Shown: one piece after another, positions 49,511 through 58,576 of the stretch
Layout: each line of letters begins with the position of its first letter
Numbering within the stretch: position 1 is the first letter of the stretch
Assembly (NCBI GenBank): GCA_964473825.1
Contig: CAYYQL010000007.1
Span: 46,440 to 110,439, forward strand
Length of the DNA stretch: 64,000 bases
Reading direction: 5' to 3'
DNA from: an uncultured archaeon
GTDB lineage: Archaea; Asgardarchaeota; Thorarchaeia; Thorarchaeales; Thorarchaeaceae
Program-made: the position numbers and the translations under genes
Notes under the pieces: generated by a model
Told to the model about the DNA's origin: nothing
Seen by the model: only the letters and a program-made list of their open reading frames with translations
The model's database searches: none

Positions 49511-50290
49511 ATGTCAGATGTGATTGAAGATGGATCACTAGTATTCATCTTTCTAGATGCCAAGAGGAATTGGATAAGACGGGCAAAGCAAGGAGAAGAG
49601 TTTCACTCGAACAAGGGCATCATTCAATACGATGACCTTATTGGGCGGCCCTTCGGTATCAAGGTACTGAGCCATCAAGGAAAGGAGTTTCAAATACACA
49701 GACCCAGTCAGACAGATGTCCAGATAGCGATGGGAAGAAACACGCAGATTATCTATCCAAAGGATGCGGGAACAATACTGATCGAGGCACAGATCAATGC
49801 CGGGTCACGAGTTGTTGAATCGGGTACAGGATCAGGGGCACTGACAAGTATCCTCTCACGAGCAGTGGGAAAAAATGGCCACGTGTATACGTACGAGATT
49901 CGAGAGGACATGTATAGGGGAGCAGAGAAGAACCTCAGAAAGCACGGCCTGACTGAGAACATCACGATGCACAACCAAGACATCGCAGAGGGCATACAAG
50001 AGTCAGACCTTGATGCCGTCATTCTTGACCTAGCAACTCCCTGGGAGCTGGTCGACGAAGCACACAGAGCACTGAAGCCCAGCAGGTGTCTGGCAAGCTA
50101 CAGCCCCACCATCGAACAGGTCATGAAGACCTGCAAGGCCTTGGGGCAGAGTGGACAGTGGGGAATGATCAAGACGCTTGAGGTTCTACAACGGGAGATC
50201 ATGGTGAGAGAAGGAAAGACACGGCCCCCTACCTGGATGGTCGGTCACACAGGGTACATGACATTTGCACGAAACATGGCCGATGAGTAG
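49511..50290 (+). CDS. trmI: tRNA (adenine-57/58-N1)-methyltransferase
   Basis: TQIIYPKD, ESGTGSGALT, YEIRED, LDLATPW, SPTIEQ and HTGY motifs. Confidence 0.93.
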   Translation: MSDVIEDGSLVFIFLDAKRNWIRRAKQGEEFHSNKGIIQYDDLIGRPFGIKVLSHQGKEFQIHRPSQTDVQIAMGRNTQIIYPKDAGTILIEAQINAGSRVVESGTGSGALTSILSRAVGKNGHVYTYEIREDMYRGAEKNLRKHGLTENITMHNQDIAEGIQESDLDAVILDLATPWELVDEAHRALKPSRCLASYSPTIEQVMKTCKALGQSGQWGMIKTLEVLQREIMVREGKTRPPTWMVGHTGYMTFARNMADE

Positions 50291-50383
50291 TCCTGTGCGA
50301 AACCTTATATGCGGATCCTGCAGGGTTATTGTTGACGATTGTTGTCGATTAATGTCGGTCAGTCCGGTGGCAGGTCCAGAAAA

Positions 50384-50761
50384 ATGGGATACCAACACAA
50401 AAGAAAACCATGTGCCGAAGAGGCCAAAGAAACTCTTGAGAATGTGCTGAAAGTAGAGGGGACAGAGTATGCGTTGATTGAGGCAGCCGAAACGTTTCAT
50501 ATCCCCAATCCGACACAGGATATTCTGAAGAATGAGGCAGTAACGAACGTTCTACCGGACAAGACAGATGAACTTCTAAGAGAGGAGACAGATAAGAAGG
50601 TAGAAGTATCTGCTCCAACAGCGGATGAGATTGATACTGTCAAGGAGCACGAAACATCTGTCAATGTTGATTTTCAGTTAGACCTAGAGAAGGACGGATA
50701 TCATAAGAACAGGAAGGGGAAGAACCTCCTCAAACTGGGATACGATTGTGAGAAATCATAG
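50384..50761 (+). CDS. Hypothetical acidic protein
   Basis: Charged 125-aa ORF directly upstream of the wHTH gene. Confidence 0.55.
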   Translation: MGYQHKRKPCAEEAKETLENVLKVEGTEYALIEAAETFHIPNPTQDILKNEAVTNVLPDKTDELLREETDKKVEVSAPTADEIDTVKEHETSVNVDFQLDLEKDGYHKNRKGKNLLKLGYDCEKS

Positions 50762-50772
50762 GAGGGGTCCAT

Positions 50773-51150
50773 CTGTCTGACGAACAGTACAACAAGGAAC
50801 TGAGAGAAGAAATAGACGAACTTAGAAGAACCGTTCGATCGTTGAGGAGGACAGTGGCAGAATTGGCAACTCAGCTGGATGCAAGCGCGCCACACGAGGA
50901 TGAGTTGAGGACATCGGGATATAGCGTGTCTGACGATGTGCAATCATGTTTAGACCAAGATGTCAGTTGGGCAAGACTGGTGGGTCTGCTTGAACACTCA
51001 AACAGGGGGCTCACTACAACCGAGCTTGCTGAGAAGTGGGGAAAGTCGAGGTCAAGAACTAGCGAAGTCCTGAATCGACTGGTTGAAGAAGGACATCTCA
51101 TCAAATTCCGTGATGGGAGAAGGGTGAAGTTCCTTCCTGCAGAGGACTGA
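50773..51150 (+). CDS. Coiled-coil plus winged-helix DNA-binding protein
   Basis: LTTTELAEKWGKSRSRTSEVLNRLVEEG..RDGRRV wHTH. The upstream in-frame coil (SDEQYNKELREEIDELRR) starts at a CTG behind GGAGGGG. Confidence 0.8.
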   Translation: MSDEQYNKELREEIDELRRTVRSLRRTVAELATQLDASAPHEDELRTSGYSVSDDVQSCLDQDVSWARLVGLLEHSNRGLTTTELAEKWGKSRSRTSEVLNRLVEEGHLIKFRDGRRVKFLPAED

Positions 51151-51332
51151 CAGTGCTTATTCTTCAGAGTCAAGCACACTGACCAATCTTCCTGCAACCG
51201 AGAGACTACCATTTCTGAGAATAACCATGGCCAGCGATTTCTATGATGCGGCAGATGTCGGTGAACGCTAGGTAGTCTTAAGTAGAACTGACTGATTGCT
51301 ACAACAACAGACCTACTGCCGGAGTTGTTTTA

Positions 51333-53663
51333 GTGAGCAACGTGATACCACGTCGTGAGAAAGGTGAGAACCTCGACCTAGAGGGAATTGATGTATACAC
51401 TAAGAACCTGATGGAGTTAAACGCCCAGAGCCAGAATGCTATTCGGACTTTCGTGCTTCATGATATAGACGACAAAAAGGGGTTCGAGAAGAGACTCACA
51501 GATATGCACGACACAATGACTAGGCTCTATGACCAGGTAGCGAAGTTCTCAGAAGACATAATGACTGAGGACTTCGACATTACGTATCTAAGAAACAGAA
51601 TCGAACTGGCCGAGGGAGAATCAAAACAACAGATGGAAGAGGCACTAGATGAGCTGCAGGTAAAATCGGAGAAGAACCTGGGCGAAGTGTGGATGGCGAA
51701 GGTCATGGCTTGGTTGCATCAAGCTGCCGCCGCCAGCAGCCCGTTCATCGATAAGGAGAACAAAAAGAAGGCAGATGGCTCCTCCCGATATCTCTCTCAG
51801 GTGTATACGATGCTGGAGAGATCTTTCGCAGCAGTTGCCAGAAAGACAGAGGGAACAACGAAGCTGCGGAGAGTGGCGCTTGGACACATGGCGCACAAGC
51901 TCATCAAAGAATCCGGCCACAAAGGTCAAGAAGAACTGGCAGAGATTATTGGTAAGAACAAAGCAGCAGAGGCCGAGTTCTATGACGATTTTCTGAAGGA
52001 GCTGATTGGGAAAGAGAGTACCTTCAGGCAGGCGTTCAATCCCTTTGACGAGATCATCTGGAGAGACATTCTGAATACATATGTCTTTGAACGAGCAACA
52101 GACCTCTATAACGAAGCCATCCCAAACCTCGACAAGAGTTCAAAGGTGTCAAAGGACAAGATTACCATGACCAAGTCATGGAAGCAGAATACGGCTGGGC
52201 TGAGTGAGGTCTATTTTGCCATGACCTATACCGATATTGCAGACTCCCAGATGCGCGACGGAAATCTTGAGGACGCATCAAAACTCTACATGACAGCATC
52301 CAATGCTTTCGGCCGAGCAGAGAAGTGCTTCGCCGAGGTTATGTCCCTTCAGGGCAATGCAGAACAGTCACGAAACGATAAGGAGCATAAGAAGGCACAG
52401 GCGCTGTTCTGCAAGGCCGAAGCAGCAGTAGGCACACTCTCTGAGCTTCTCAAGATAAACAACAGAGATGAAGCAATGGTTGTTCTGGAAGAGATCTTCG
52501 AAGACCTTCGAAAGTCCGAGAATCTTTCAAAAACACGGGATCTGACAGGAGCCGTTAAGGAGAACCTCCGAATCTTCTCATTTGTTGAAAACCAACTGAA
52601 GAAGAGTCAGAGCACAACCGATTCGATTATTGACCAGATCGAGCTTGCAAAGGGAATACGAAGGGAAGGACTGATTCAAGACATCAACAAGTCACTGGAC
52701 GATACAACCGACTTGATGACGAAGGATCCTCCGAAAGCCCTAGAATCGCTTCGCGAAGGACTAACAAGTCTGGGCATTCTGCTCAGTCTTGAGAAGGAAG
52801 ATGACGAGATCACACTTTTGCGTAATCGAACTGTTGCCCTACTGAACAACGTGAAATATGTGATTCAGTTCAGACTCAGCTCTCAGCTTCAACACGGTGT
52901 GAATTTCATCCAATCAAGAATACTTGAAAACCTTCACGCCAAGGACGCTGCGGAGTACTACAAGGTAATTGGAGAGTTGGAGCAAGCAGAAGAACTGACG
53001 GATTTAGGAAAACTGGCCGTTGCGACAGCTTATGCCTCAGAGGCACAGATATTTGCGAGACAGTCAGAACAGTGGGCATTCAGAGCACAGATTGAACGAA
53101 CGGGAACTCTAAACCGGCTCGAAGATGAGATTGCCCAGATTGAGGACGACAATGGGGCCCTACCGAACGCAATACAGGCTCACGATACTTGTATCGAACG
53201 TATCAAGCACACCATGGCAGCATTCCAGTCTGCCGCAAAGGAACTGGATGATGTTCAAAGAGAAGACATCCGAAAGAAGAACAATGTGGACGACCAAGTC
53301 AAACAGCTTCAGGGCGTGGTGATAAAGTTCAAGGGAGACCTCTCCCGGCTCGAAGGGGCAAAGAGTGACTTCATGGCCGAGTATGCATCGATGAAAGGAG
53401 AGGGCTCGAAAGCTCGAAAGCACTACACTGACGCCAGTGATTGGTTAAGACAGGCGGTGGGCAGCTACTCATATGCTACCCAGGTATTCCAAAACCTAGG
53501 CGATGCGAACGCCGCTCAGAACGTTGATACCCGAGCCAAGACGGCAGATCTTCTCGCCAGAGCGGTCTGGGACAATCGGCAGAGACTGGAGAGACAACAG
53601 GACCCAAAATACAAGAGTCAGGCCGAACTCGCAGCTCTATATCTTGGAACAACCGGAGAGTAG
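51333..53663 (+). CDS. Large alpha-helical (TPR/SNAP-like solenoid, coiled-coil) protein
   Basis: 776 aa, A/E/K/L-rich, with helical repeats such as GNLEDASKLYMTASNAFGRAEKCF and ARKHYTDASDWLRQAVGSY. Confidence 0.75.
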   Translation: MSNVIPRREKGENLDLEGIDVYTKNLMELNAQSQNAIRTFVLHDIDDKKGFEKRLTDMHDTMTRLYDQVAKFSEDIMTEDFDITYLRNRIELAEGESKQQMEEALDELQVKSEKNLGEVWMAKVMAWLHQAAAASSPFIDKENKKKADGSSRYLSQVYTMLERSFAAVARKTEGTTKLRRVALGHMAHKLIKESGHKGQEELAEIIGKNKAAEAEFYDDFLKELIGKESTFRQAFNPFDEIIWRDILNTYVFERATDLYNEAIPNLDKSSKVSKDKITMTKSWKQNTAGLSEVYFAMTYTDIADSQMRDGNLEDASKLYMTASNAFGRAEKCFAEVMSLQGNAEQSRNDKEHKKAQALFCKAEAAVGTLSELLKINNRDEAMVVLEEIFEDLRKSENLSKTRDLTGAVKENLRIFSFVENQLKKSQSTTDSIIDQIELAKGIRREGLIQDINKSLDDTTDLMTKDPPKALESLREGLTSLGILLSLEKEDDEITLLRNRTVALLNNVKYVIQFRLSSQLQHGVNFIQSRILENLHAKDAAEYYKVIGELEQAEELTDLGKLAVATAYASEAQIFARQSEQWAFRAQIERTGTLNRLEDEIAQIEDDNGALPNAIQAHDTCIERIKHTMAAFQSAAKELDDVQREDIRKKNNVDDQVKQLQGVVIKFKGDLSRLEGAKSDFMAEYASMKGEGSKARKHYTDASDWLRQAVGSYSYATQVFQNLGDANAAQNVDTRAKTADLLARAVWDNRQRLERQQDPKYKSQAELAALYLGTTGE

Positions 53664-53732
53664 AAACAGGAGCATAGACGAATCAGAAGAGTTCAAAAGC
53701 GAATAGGGCAAATGCCTGCTTGGTGTAATATC

Positions 53733-54314
53733 ATGGAATCTGGGAGCGAGTCAAAGCAGAAGAGAGGCTTGGACACTTTCGATATCGGAGGGCTGTTCAG
53801 GGGTTCTGCTACCGTTACATTTGTGGTTGAAATCATCGCAACAATAGTGATGCTTGGATCCCTGGCGGCATACTATGTTGATGGTCTATTGCCGGCGCTG
53901 ACAGCGGACATTCAGATCCTGCTTCTACTTGTTGGAAGTATTGTCACACTGTTCGTCTTTCTGGCGGCAATGGGCGTGTTTGTTCGCTTCTCTAGAAGAA
54001 TCAGTGACCTGGTTATCGGACCGGGCATCCAAGAGGTGCCCATGGATACCCCCCGTGTCAGAACCGTTGTCTATATCTATGCAATATTGGTCACTCTGAT
54101 GGCCGCCACAGGTCTCTTCCTCTGGTATCTTGTGCATAAGTACACTCTTGGTCCTTGGGCTGGAGATTCGATATCTCTTATGATCTTCGGGCTTGCTCTT
54201 GGAGCATTCTTCATTGCCCTACTCGTACAGATCATTGTTGCACTCGTTGGCCGAACTGCAACCAAAGTCATCATAGAGGTACTCGACCAAGACGATGCGG
54301 AATTCCTAGAATAG
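53733..54314 (+). CDS. Hypothetical 4-TM membrane protein
   Basis: Four hydrophobic segments in two hairpins; acidic C-terminal tail. Confidence 0.75.
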   Translation: MESGSESKQKRGLDTFDIGGLFRGSATVTFVVEIIATIVMLGSLAAYYVDGLLPALTADIQILLLLVGSIVTLFVFLAAMGVFVRFSRRISDLVIGPGIQEVPMDTPRVRTVVYIYAILVTLMAATGLFLWYLVHKYTLGPWAGDSISLMIFGLALGAFFIALLVQIIVALVGRTATKVIIEVLDQDDAEFLE

Positions 54315-54323
54315 GATTGCCAA

Positions 54324-54548
54324 CCAGCAAGCCACTCTCGAAAGAAGTCAGGTGCCTCGGAAATCTCTTCTGAGGAAATCTACGGATGTTGTGGGGGCGA
54401 GAGCTCCTGCAATCCGTGGCATGTCATGGCTGGATAGACTTGTCACAAAGACAGGGGGCTCACTCGCGGGTGCACCTCAGACTCTGTGGTATTCTAAGCG
54501 ACATATCTTGCAGATTGGCCCGGACCCCGTGTCTCGGAGATACCACAA
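54324..54548 (+). ncRNA. Candidate structured RNA element (unassigned)
   Basis: Consecutive hairpins with G-U pairs and GNRA loops (GAAA at 54340, GAGA at 54399) in a 336-bp intergenic gap. Confidence 0.3.
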
Positions 54549-54650
54549 GACCGCATACGACCATTCAAGAATATTCATTTTGCTTCTTGTAATCAGTTAC
54601 TATGCTGGACAACAACATAATGTGATAGCAGAACCCGCTCTGAGGATTGG

Positions 54651-55940
54651 ATGATGACGATTAGACTGAGATATGGCGACGGGAAGATTGATCTGAGTAT
54701 TCCCAAGAAGAACCTGGCTGGAGAGATATCCCCCGGGGAAGCAGAGATCTTGCCAGATACACTGGGTGAGTTTGAAAGGGTCCTCAACAACCCTCACGGC
54801 CCTCATCTGGAGAATCTGGTAAAGGGAAGAAGTGTCTGTGTCTTGGTTGAGGATCACACGCGCGACGAGCCGCATAGGGAATTGCTCAATGCAATATCAC
54901 CACTACTCAGAGACGCCAATCTGGTTCAGTTCATCGTCACAACAGGTTCACACGAGGTGGAACACCCAGGCAATGATGAGATTGTAGGGATGATTAAGAG
55001 AGCGGCGAGAGATGCAGGCTTGAGGGACTTCAAAGTCAAGATACACGACTGCCAAGACCCCGATGTTGTAGATTATGGCAAGACATCACGGGGAACCCCT
55101 GTCATAGTGAATGCAGCAGCTGCAAATCATGACGTGTATGTGGCCCTTGCCGATATGAAGGCACACTACTTCGCTGGTTACTCCAATGCTCTGAAGGACT
55201 TCCTCCCTGGGATCTGTGCTTTCGAGTCAATTGAGGCAAACCATTCAATGGCCCTAGATGCAGACTCGACATTCGGACAACATCCGTATCACCCCGACCC
55301 AGACAGAAGGAACAACCCCCTTGCAGATGATATGCGTGAGGCAATGGAGATGATCACAGAGGATGCGACAGCTTTTACGCTCTCGGTCATATCTGCTGGT
55401 GACAAAGTTGTGTGGGCTGACGCCGGTCAACTTGAACCCGTTATTGCCCGAGGTATTGAGGTCCTAGATGAGACCTCCAGTTTCACGGTGCAGAAGACTG
55501 CCAGGATTATAGTGTCTCCCGGTGGCTATCCACAGGACAAGAGTCTCTATCATGCACAGAGAGGACTGGAACTCACGAAGAACGCCGTCGCGGATGATGG
55601 AGAGGTGCTCTTTCTAGCAGAATGTAGAGATGGCGTCGCTCCAGAGAGTGCAATACAGAACTTCTACAACAAACTCACTGCACCACTCGATGAAGTCGTA
55701 GAATCAATAAGCGACAAGTATCATCTGTACGAGCACAAGGCCTACAAATTCGCAGACTTGCTCTTACGTCTCTCTTCAATCAAGATGTATACTGAGCTCG
55801 ATAAGGATACGGTGGACAGAGCTCATCTCACCAAGATAGCAGACCCCCAACAGGTCATTGATGAATGGATTGAAGAGAACCCAGATGTTCAGATTCTGGT
55901 CCTTGATAAGGCAAACAAGTTGGCAGTATATAGTGAGTGA
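54651..55940 (+). CDS. larA: LarA-family nickel-pincer 2-hydroxyacid racemase/epimerase
   Basis: EDHTR, TGSH, HYFAGYS..K..LPG, NHS and GGYPQD..LY motifs; substrate uncertain. Confidence 0.85.
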   Translation: MMTIRLRYGDGKIDLSIPKKNLAGEISPGEAEILPDTLGEFERVLNNPHGPHLENLVKGRSVCVLVEDHTRDEPHRELLNAISPLLRDANLVQFIVTTGSHEVEHPGNDEIVGMIKRAARDAGLRDFKVKIHDCQDPDVVDYGKTSRGTPVIVNAAAANHDVYVALADMKAHYFAGYSNALKDFLPGICAFESIEANHSMALDADSTFGQHPYHPDPDRRNNPLADDMREAMEMITEDATAFTLSVISAGDKVVWADAGQLEPVIARGIEVLDETSSFTVQKTARIIVSPGGYPQDKSLYHAQRGLELTKNAVADDGEVLFLAECRDGVAPESAIQNFYNKLTAPLDEVVESISDKYHLYEHKAYKFADLLLRLSSIKMYTELDKDTVDRAHLTKIADPQQVIDEWIEENPDVQILVLDKANKLAVYSE

Positions 55941-55941
55941 T

Positions 55942-57471
55942 TCAGTCCCACTTCATGTCCGAGATTGACTCATAGAGACGTGTATACCTCTCGTAGCCAA
56001 CATCGTAGACTCTTCGATGCTCGGGAGTCGGCATTAGCGGCTGTTCTTCTCGAACCATCTCTTCGGCAGCCTCAACCACTGAGTCGAATATGCCTACACC
56101 CTTGCAGGCAAGGATGGCGGCTCCCAGAGCTGTGGCCTCCTCCATCTCTGTGCGAATAATGGGGACATTGAGCACATCAGACTGAATCTGCATCCAAGTA
56201 GTGCTTCTCGCCGCTCCACCGGTCACTCGTATCTCAGAGACTGATAGCCCCATATCTCGTACGACTTCAAGATTGCCACGAATCTCATAGGCAACCCCCT
56301 CCAGTATAGCGCGCAGCAAATGGTCTCTCTCGTGACCAAGTGCGAGGCCCGCAAAAATCCCTCGTGCATGCGGATTCCAGTGAGGAGATCCAGCACCAAC
56401 AAAATGGGGGATGTGAATCACACCCTCTGAGCCGGCAGGAACCTTGCTCGCCTCTTCCGTCATGACATCATAGGGGTCGACACCTCTCTCTTGAGCAATC
56501 TCACACTCCTCAGTTCCAAGATTATCTCGAAACCATCGCAGTGCGGACCCTGTTGTGAACATGCTTGCCTCAACAACATATGCACCGGGAACTACATGCC
56601 GACTGCACAAGACTCGACGCTTGAGGTCTCGCCGTGCAGTCTCAGAAAAGACAAGCATGAACGTGCCCGTCCCTGTGGTACATTTTGTCGAGCCCTCCCT
56701 GACTACTCCAACACCAAGCGCTGCACACTGCTGATCCCCTCCACCTGCAACCACAGGAGTACCTGGTTTGAGTCCACTCTCAGAGGCGGCCTTTTCAGAG
56801 ACCTCGCCCACCATTTGCCCTGGCTCGACTGTCTCGGGAAGCTTCTCCTCTGGAATCTGCATCTCATCTAAGAGGTAATCAGACCATTTGCCCGCTTCGA
56901 TGTCAAATAACATGGTGCGACTGGCATTCGAAAAGTCAGTCACATAACAGCCCGTCAGGCGGTGTAGAATGAAATCATGTACCAACAGGAAGCAATCCGC
57001 TTTGTCGAAGATACCTGGTTCATGCTCTTGAATCCATAGAAGCTTCGGTGCGGTGAAGTAGGGATCAACAGTCAGACCAGTTATGTCATACACATCCTGA
57101 ACGGGAATCCTCTCACGTATCAGGTCGCACTGTGGGACCGTCCTCCGATCCTGCCAGACGATTGCATTCCGCAATGGCGTCCCCTCAGCATCCACAGGCA
57201 CGACAGTCTCACGCTGATTGGTCACACTCAATCCAGCAATCTGCTCAGGCGAAAGACCTCCCTCCTTCAGCGCCCTTCTAATTGTGGAACATGCAGTCGC
57301 CCACCATCTGTTTGCATCTTGTTCAACCCACGAAGGGTGGGGATAGATGTTCTCGAACTCCTCGTAAGCGCGAGCAAGAGGGTGACCCGAAGAATCGAAA
57401 ACCATGCTGCGAACACCGGTCGTTCCAGCGTCTATGGCCAAGACAAGATCTTTCATTGCTCTCTCCGACAA
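55942..57471 (-). CDS. FGGY-family carbohydrate kinase (xylulose/glycerol kinase-like)
   Basis: IDAGTTGVR, WVEQD, TNQRET, WQDRRT, ASRTML, GDQQ and TGGAARS motifs. Confidence 0.92.
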   Translation of the reverse strand: MSERAMKDLVLAIDAGTTGVRSMVFDSSGHPLARAYEEFENIYPHPSWVEQDANRWWATACSTIRRALKEGGLSPEQIAGLSVTNQRETVVPVDAEGTPLRNAIVWQDRRTVPQCDLIRERIPVQDVYDITGLTVDPYFTAPKLLWIQEHEPGIFDKADCFLLVHDFILHRLTGCYVTDFSNASRTMLFDIEAGKWSDYLLDEMQIPEEKLPETVEPGQMVGEVSEKAASESGLKPGTPVVAGGGDQQCAALGVGVVREGSTKCTTGTGTFMLVFSETARRDLKRRVLCSRHVVPGAYVVEASMFTTGSALRWFRDNLGTEECEIAQERGVDPYDVMTEEASKVPAGSEGVIHIPHFVGAGSPHWNPHARGIFAGLALGHERDHLLRAILEGVAYEIRGNLEVVRDMGLSVSEIRVTGGAARSTTWMQIQSDVLNVPIIRTEMEEATALGAAILACKGVGIFDSVVEAAEEMVREEQPLMPTPEHRRVYDVGYERYTRLYESISDMKWD

Positions 57472-57506
57472 TGCTGACGTAATGGCGGGATAAGAAGACT
57501 TCGCGA

Positions 57507-57791
57507 CTATCTGTAGCTCTCCTCTGTGGAAATGACCTCGCGAATATCGCGCCTGAAATCAATCAAGGACATCTTGAGCTCGGCATCTCTCTTGATCTGG
57601 GCCTCTCGTTTCATTGCCTCCCCCCTAGAGTCATATTCTTCGAGATGTACGAGATACTCAGGTCGGTGCATTCGTAGATAGGTTGCGCCCCCTGTTCCTG
57701 AGAGATGCTCTTTGAACCGCCGCGCTAGATCATTGGTCTGTCCTGTGTAGTAAGTCCCATCCTCGGTCTCAATGATGTAGACGAAATACAT
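57507..57791 (-). CDS. GIY-YIG nuclease (UPF0213 / YhbQ-like)
   Basis: YFVYI..YYTGQTNDLARRFKEH..GA.Y..AMKREAQIK. Confidence 0.9.
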   Translation of the reverse strand: MYFVYIIETEDGTYYTGQTNDLARRFKEHLSGTGGATYLRMHRPEYLVHLEEYDSRGEAMKREAQIKRDAELKMSLIDFRRDIREVISTEESYR

Positions 57792-57865
57792 TCAGACACA
57801 TCCAGGCCTGAGTACCGCTCAGAGCTTTTAGTGGTTACTGATACGCAGATATGCTTAGATGGTTC

Positions 57866-58384
57866 TCAGCGGTTTCCGTAGTTGATGTCATTGATTGACC
57901 GGAGCTCTGTGGTCTCCAAGTAGCTGTCCATGGCGAACATGGTTATTGTCCGCTCAACTGACGGAATTTCCCTGAGAAAATCGACGATGAACGAGTTCAT
58001 CTCTTCAACGCTCGGTGCTCTCACCTTAAGAAGCACATCCCATTCTCCACTGATGACCTGAACCTCTTGCACAAAGGGATGCAAGGCTATCTCTCTGCAG
58101 AACTCGCGTTGTGATACCATCTCGGCCTTTCCAGGTATCCGGTATCGCACTCGAACCAGAATGAAACCCAAGGTCGGACGGCCCATCTTCTTTGCATCAA
58201 GGACTGCGGTGTATTTCTTGATCACACCATCTTCTTCCAGACGCTTCAGTCGGGAGTGGACTGTTGAGATACCCTTCTCCACCGTCCGAGACATATCAGA
58301 GATTGTTGTCTTGCAGTCTCTCTGAAGAATCGAGAGTAGCTCGCGGTCCACCTCATCCATCTCAACCGAAATATTTTCGTCCAT
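57866..58384 (-). CDS. Lrp/AsnC family transcriptional regulator
   Basis: DEVDRELLSILQRD HTH, STVHSRLKRLEEDGVI, and ISGEWD in the RAM domain. Confidence 0.93.
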   Translation of the reverse strand: MDENISVEMDEVDRELLSILQRDCKTTISDMSRTVEKGISTVHSRLKRLEEDGVIKKYTAVLDAKKMGRPTLGFILVRVRYRIPGKAEMVSQREFCREIALHPFVQEVQVISGEWDVLLKVRAPSVEEMNSFIVDFLREIPSVERTITMFAMDSYLETTELRSINDINYGNR

Positions 58385-58576
58385 GATTCAAACTGGTCGA
58401 ATGAAACTGAAATACTTACCGATATTTGCCGAAAAGAATTATATCATCAGGGATCGCCCCATGCTCAGCCACAAGTGACTATGCCGTTGATTTGCCCCCT
58501 TAACACACACTGGCAGTATACTGGGACGAGTATTGTCGCTAGGTGACTAAGATGTCGAATCGGATGTTAGAAACTG

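Noticed and set aside
54370-54390. CTGAGGAAAT resembles the RNase P RNA CR-I motif and the hammerhead CUGANGA core
   Set aside because: No complementary P4/CR-V strand downstream, and no correctly placed GAAA/stem III for a hammerhead.
54352-54654. 100-aa ORF upstream of larA
   Set aside because: Atypical composition and no recognisable motif; the region is better explained as non-coding or structured.
57507-57791. GIY-YIG as a homing endonuclease or mobile element
   Set aside because: It is the short stand-alone UPF0213 type, with no intron, intein, terminal repeats or transposase nearby.
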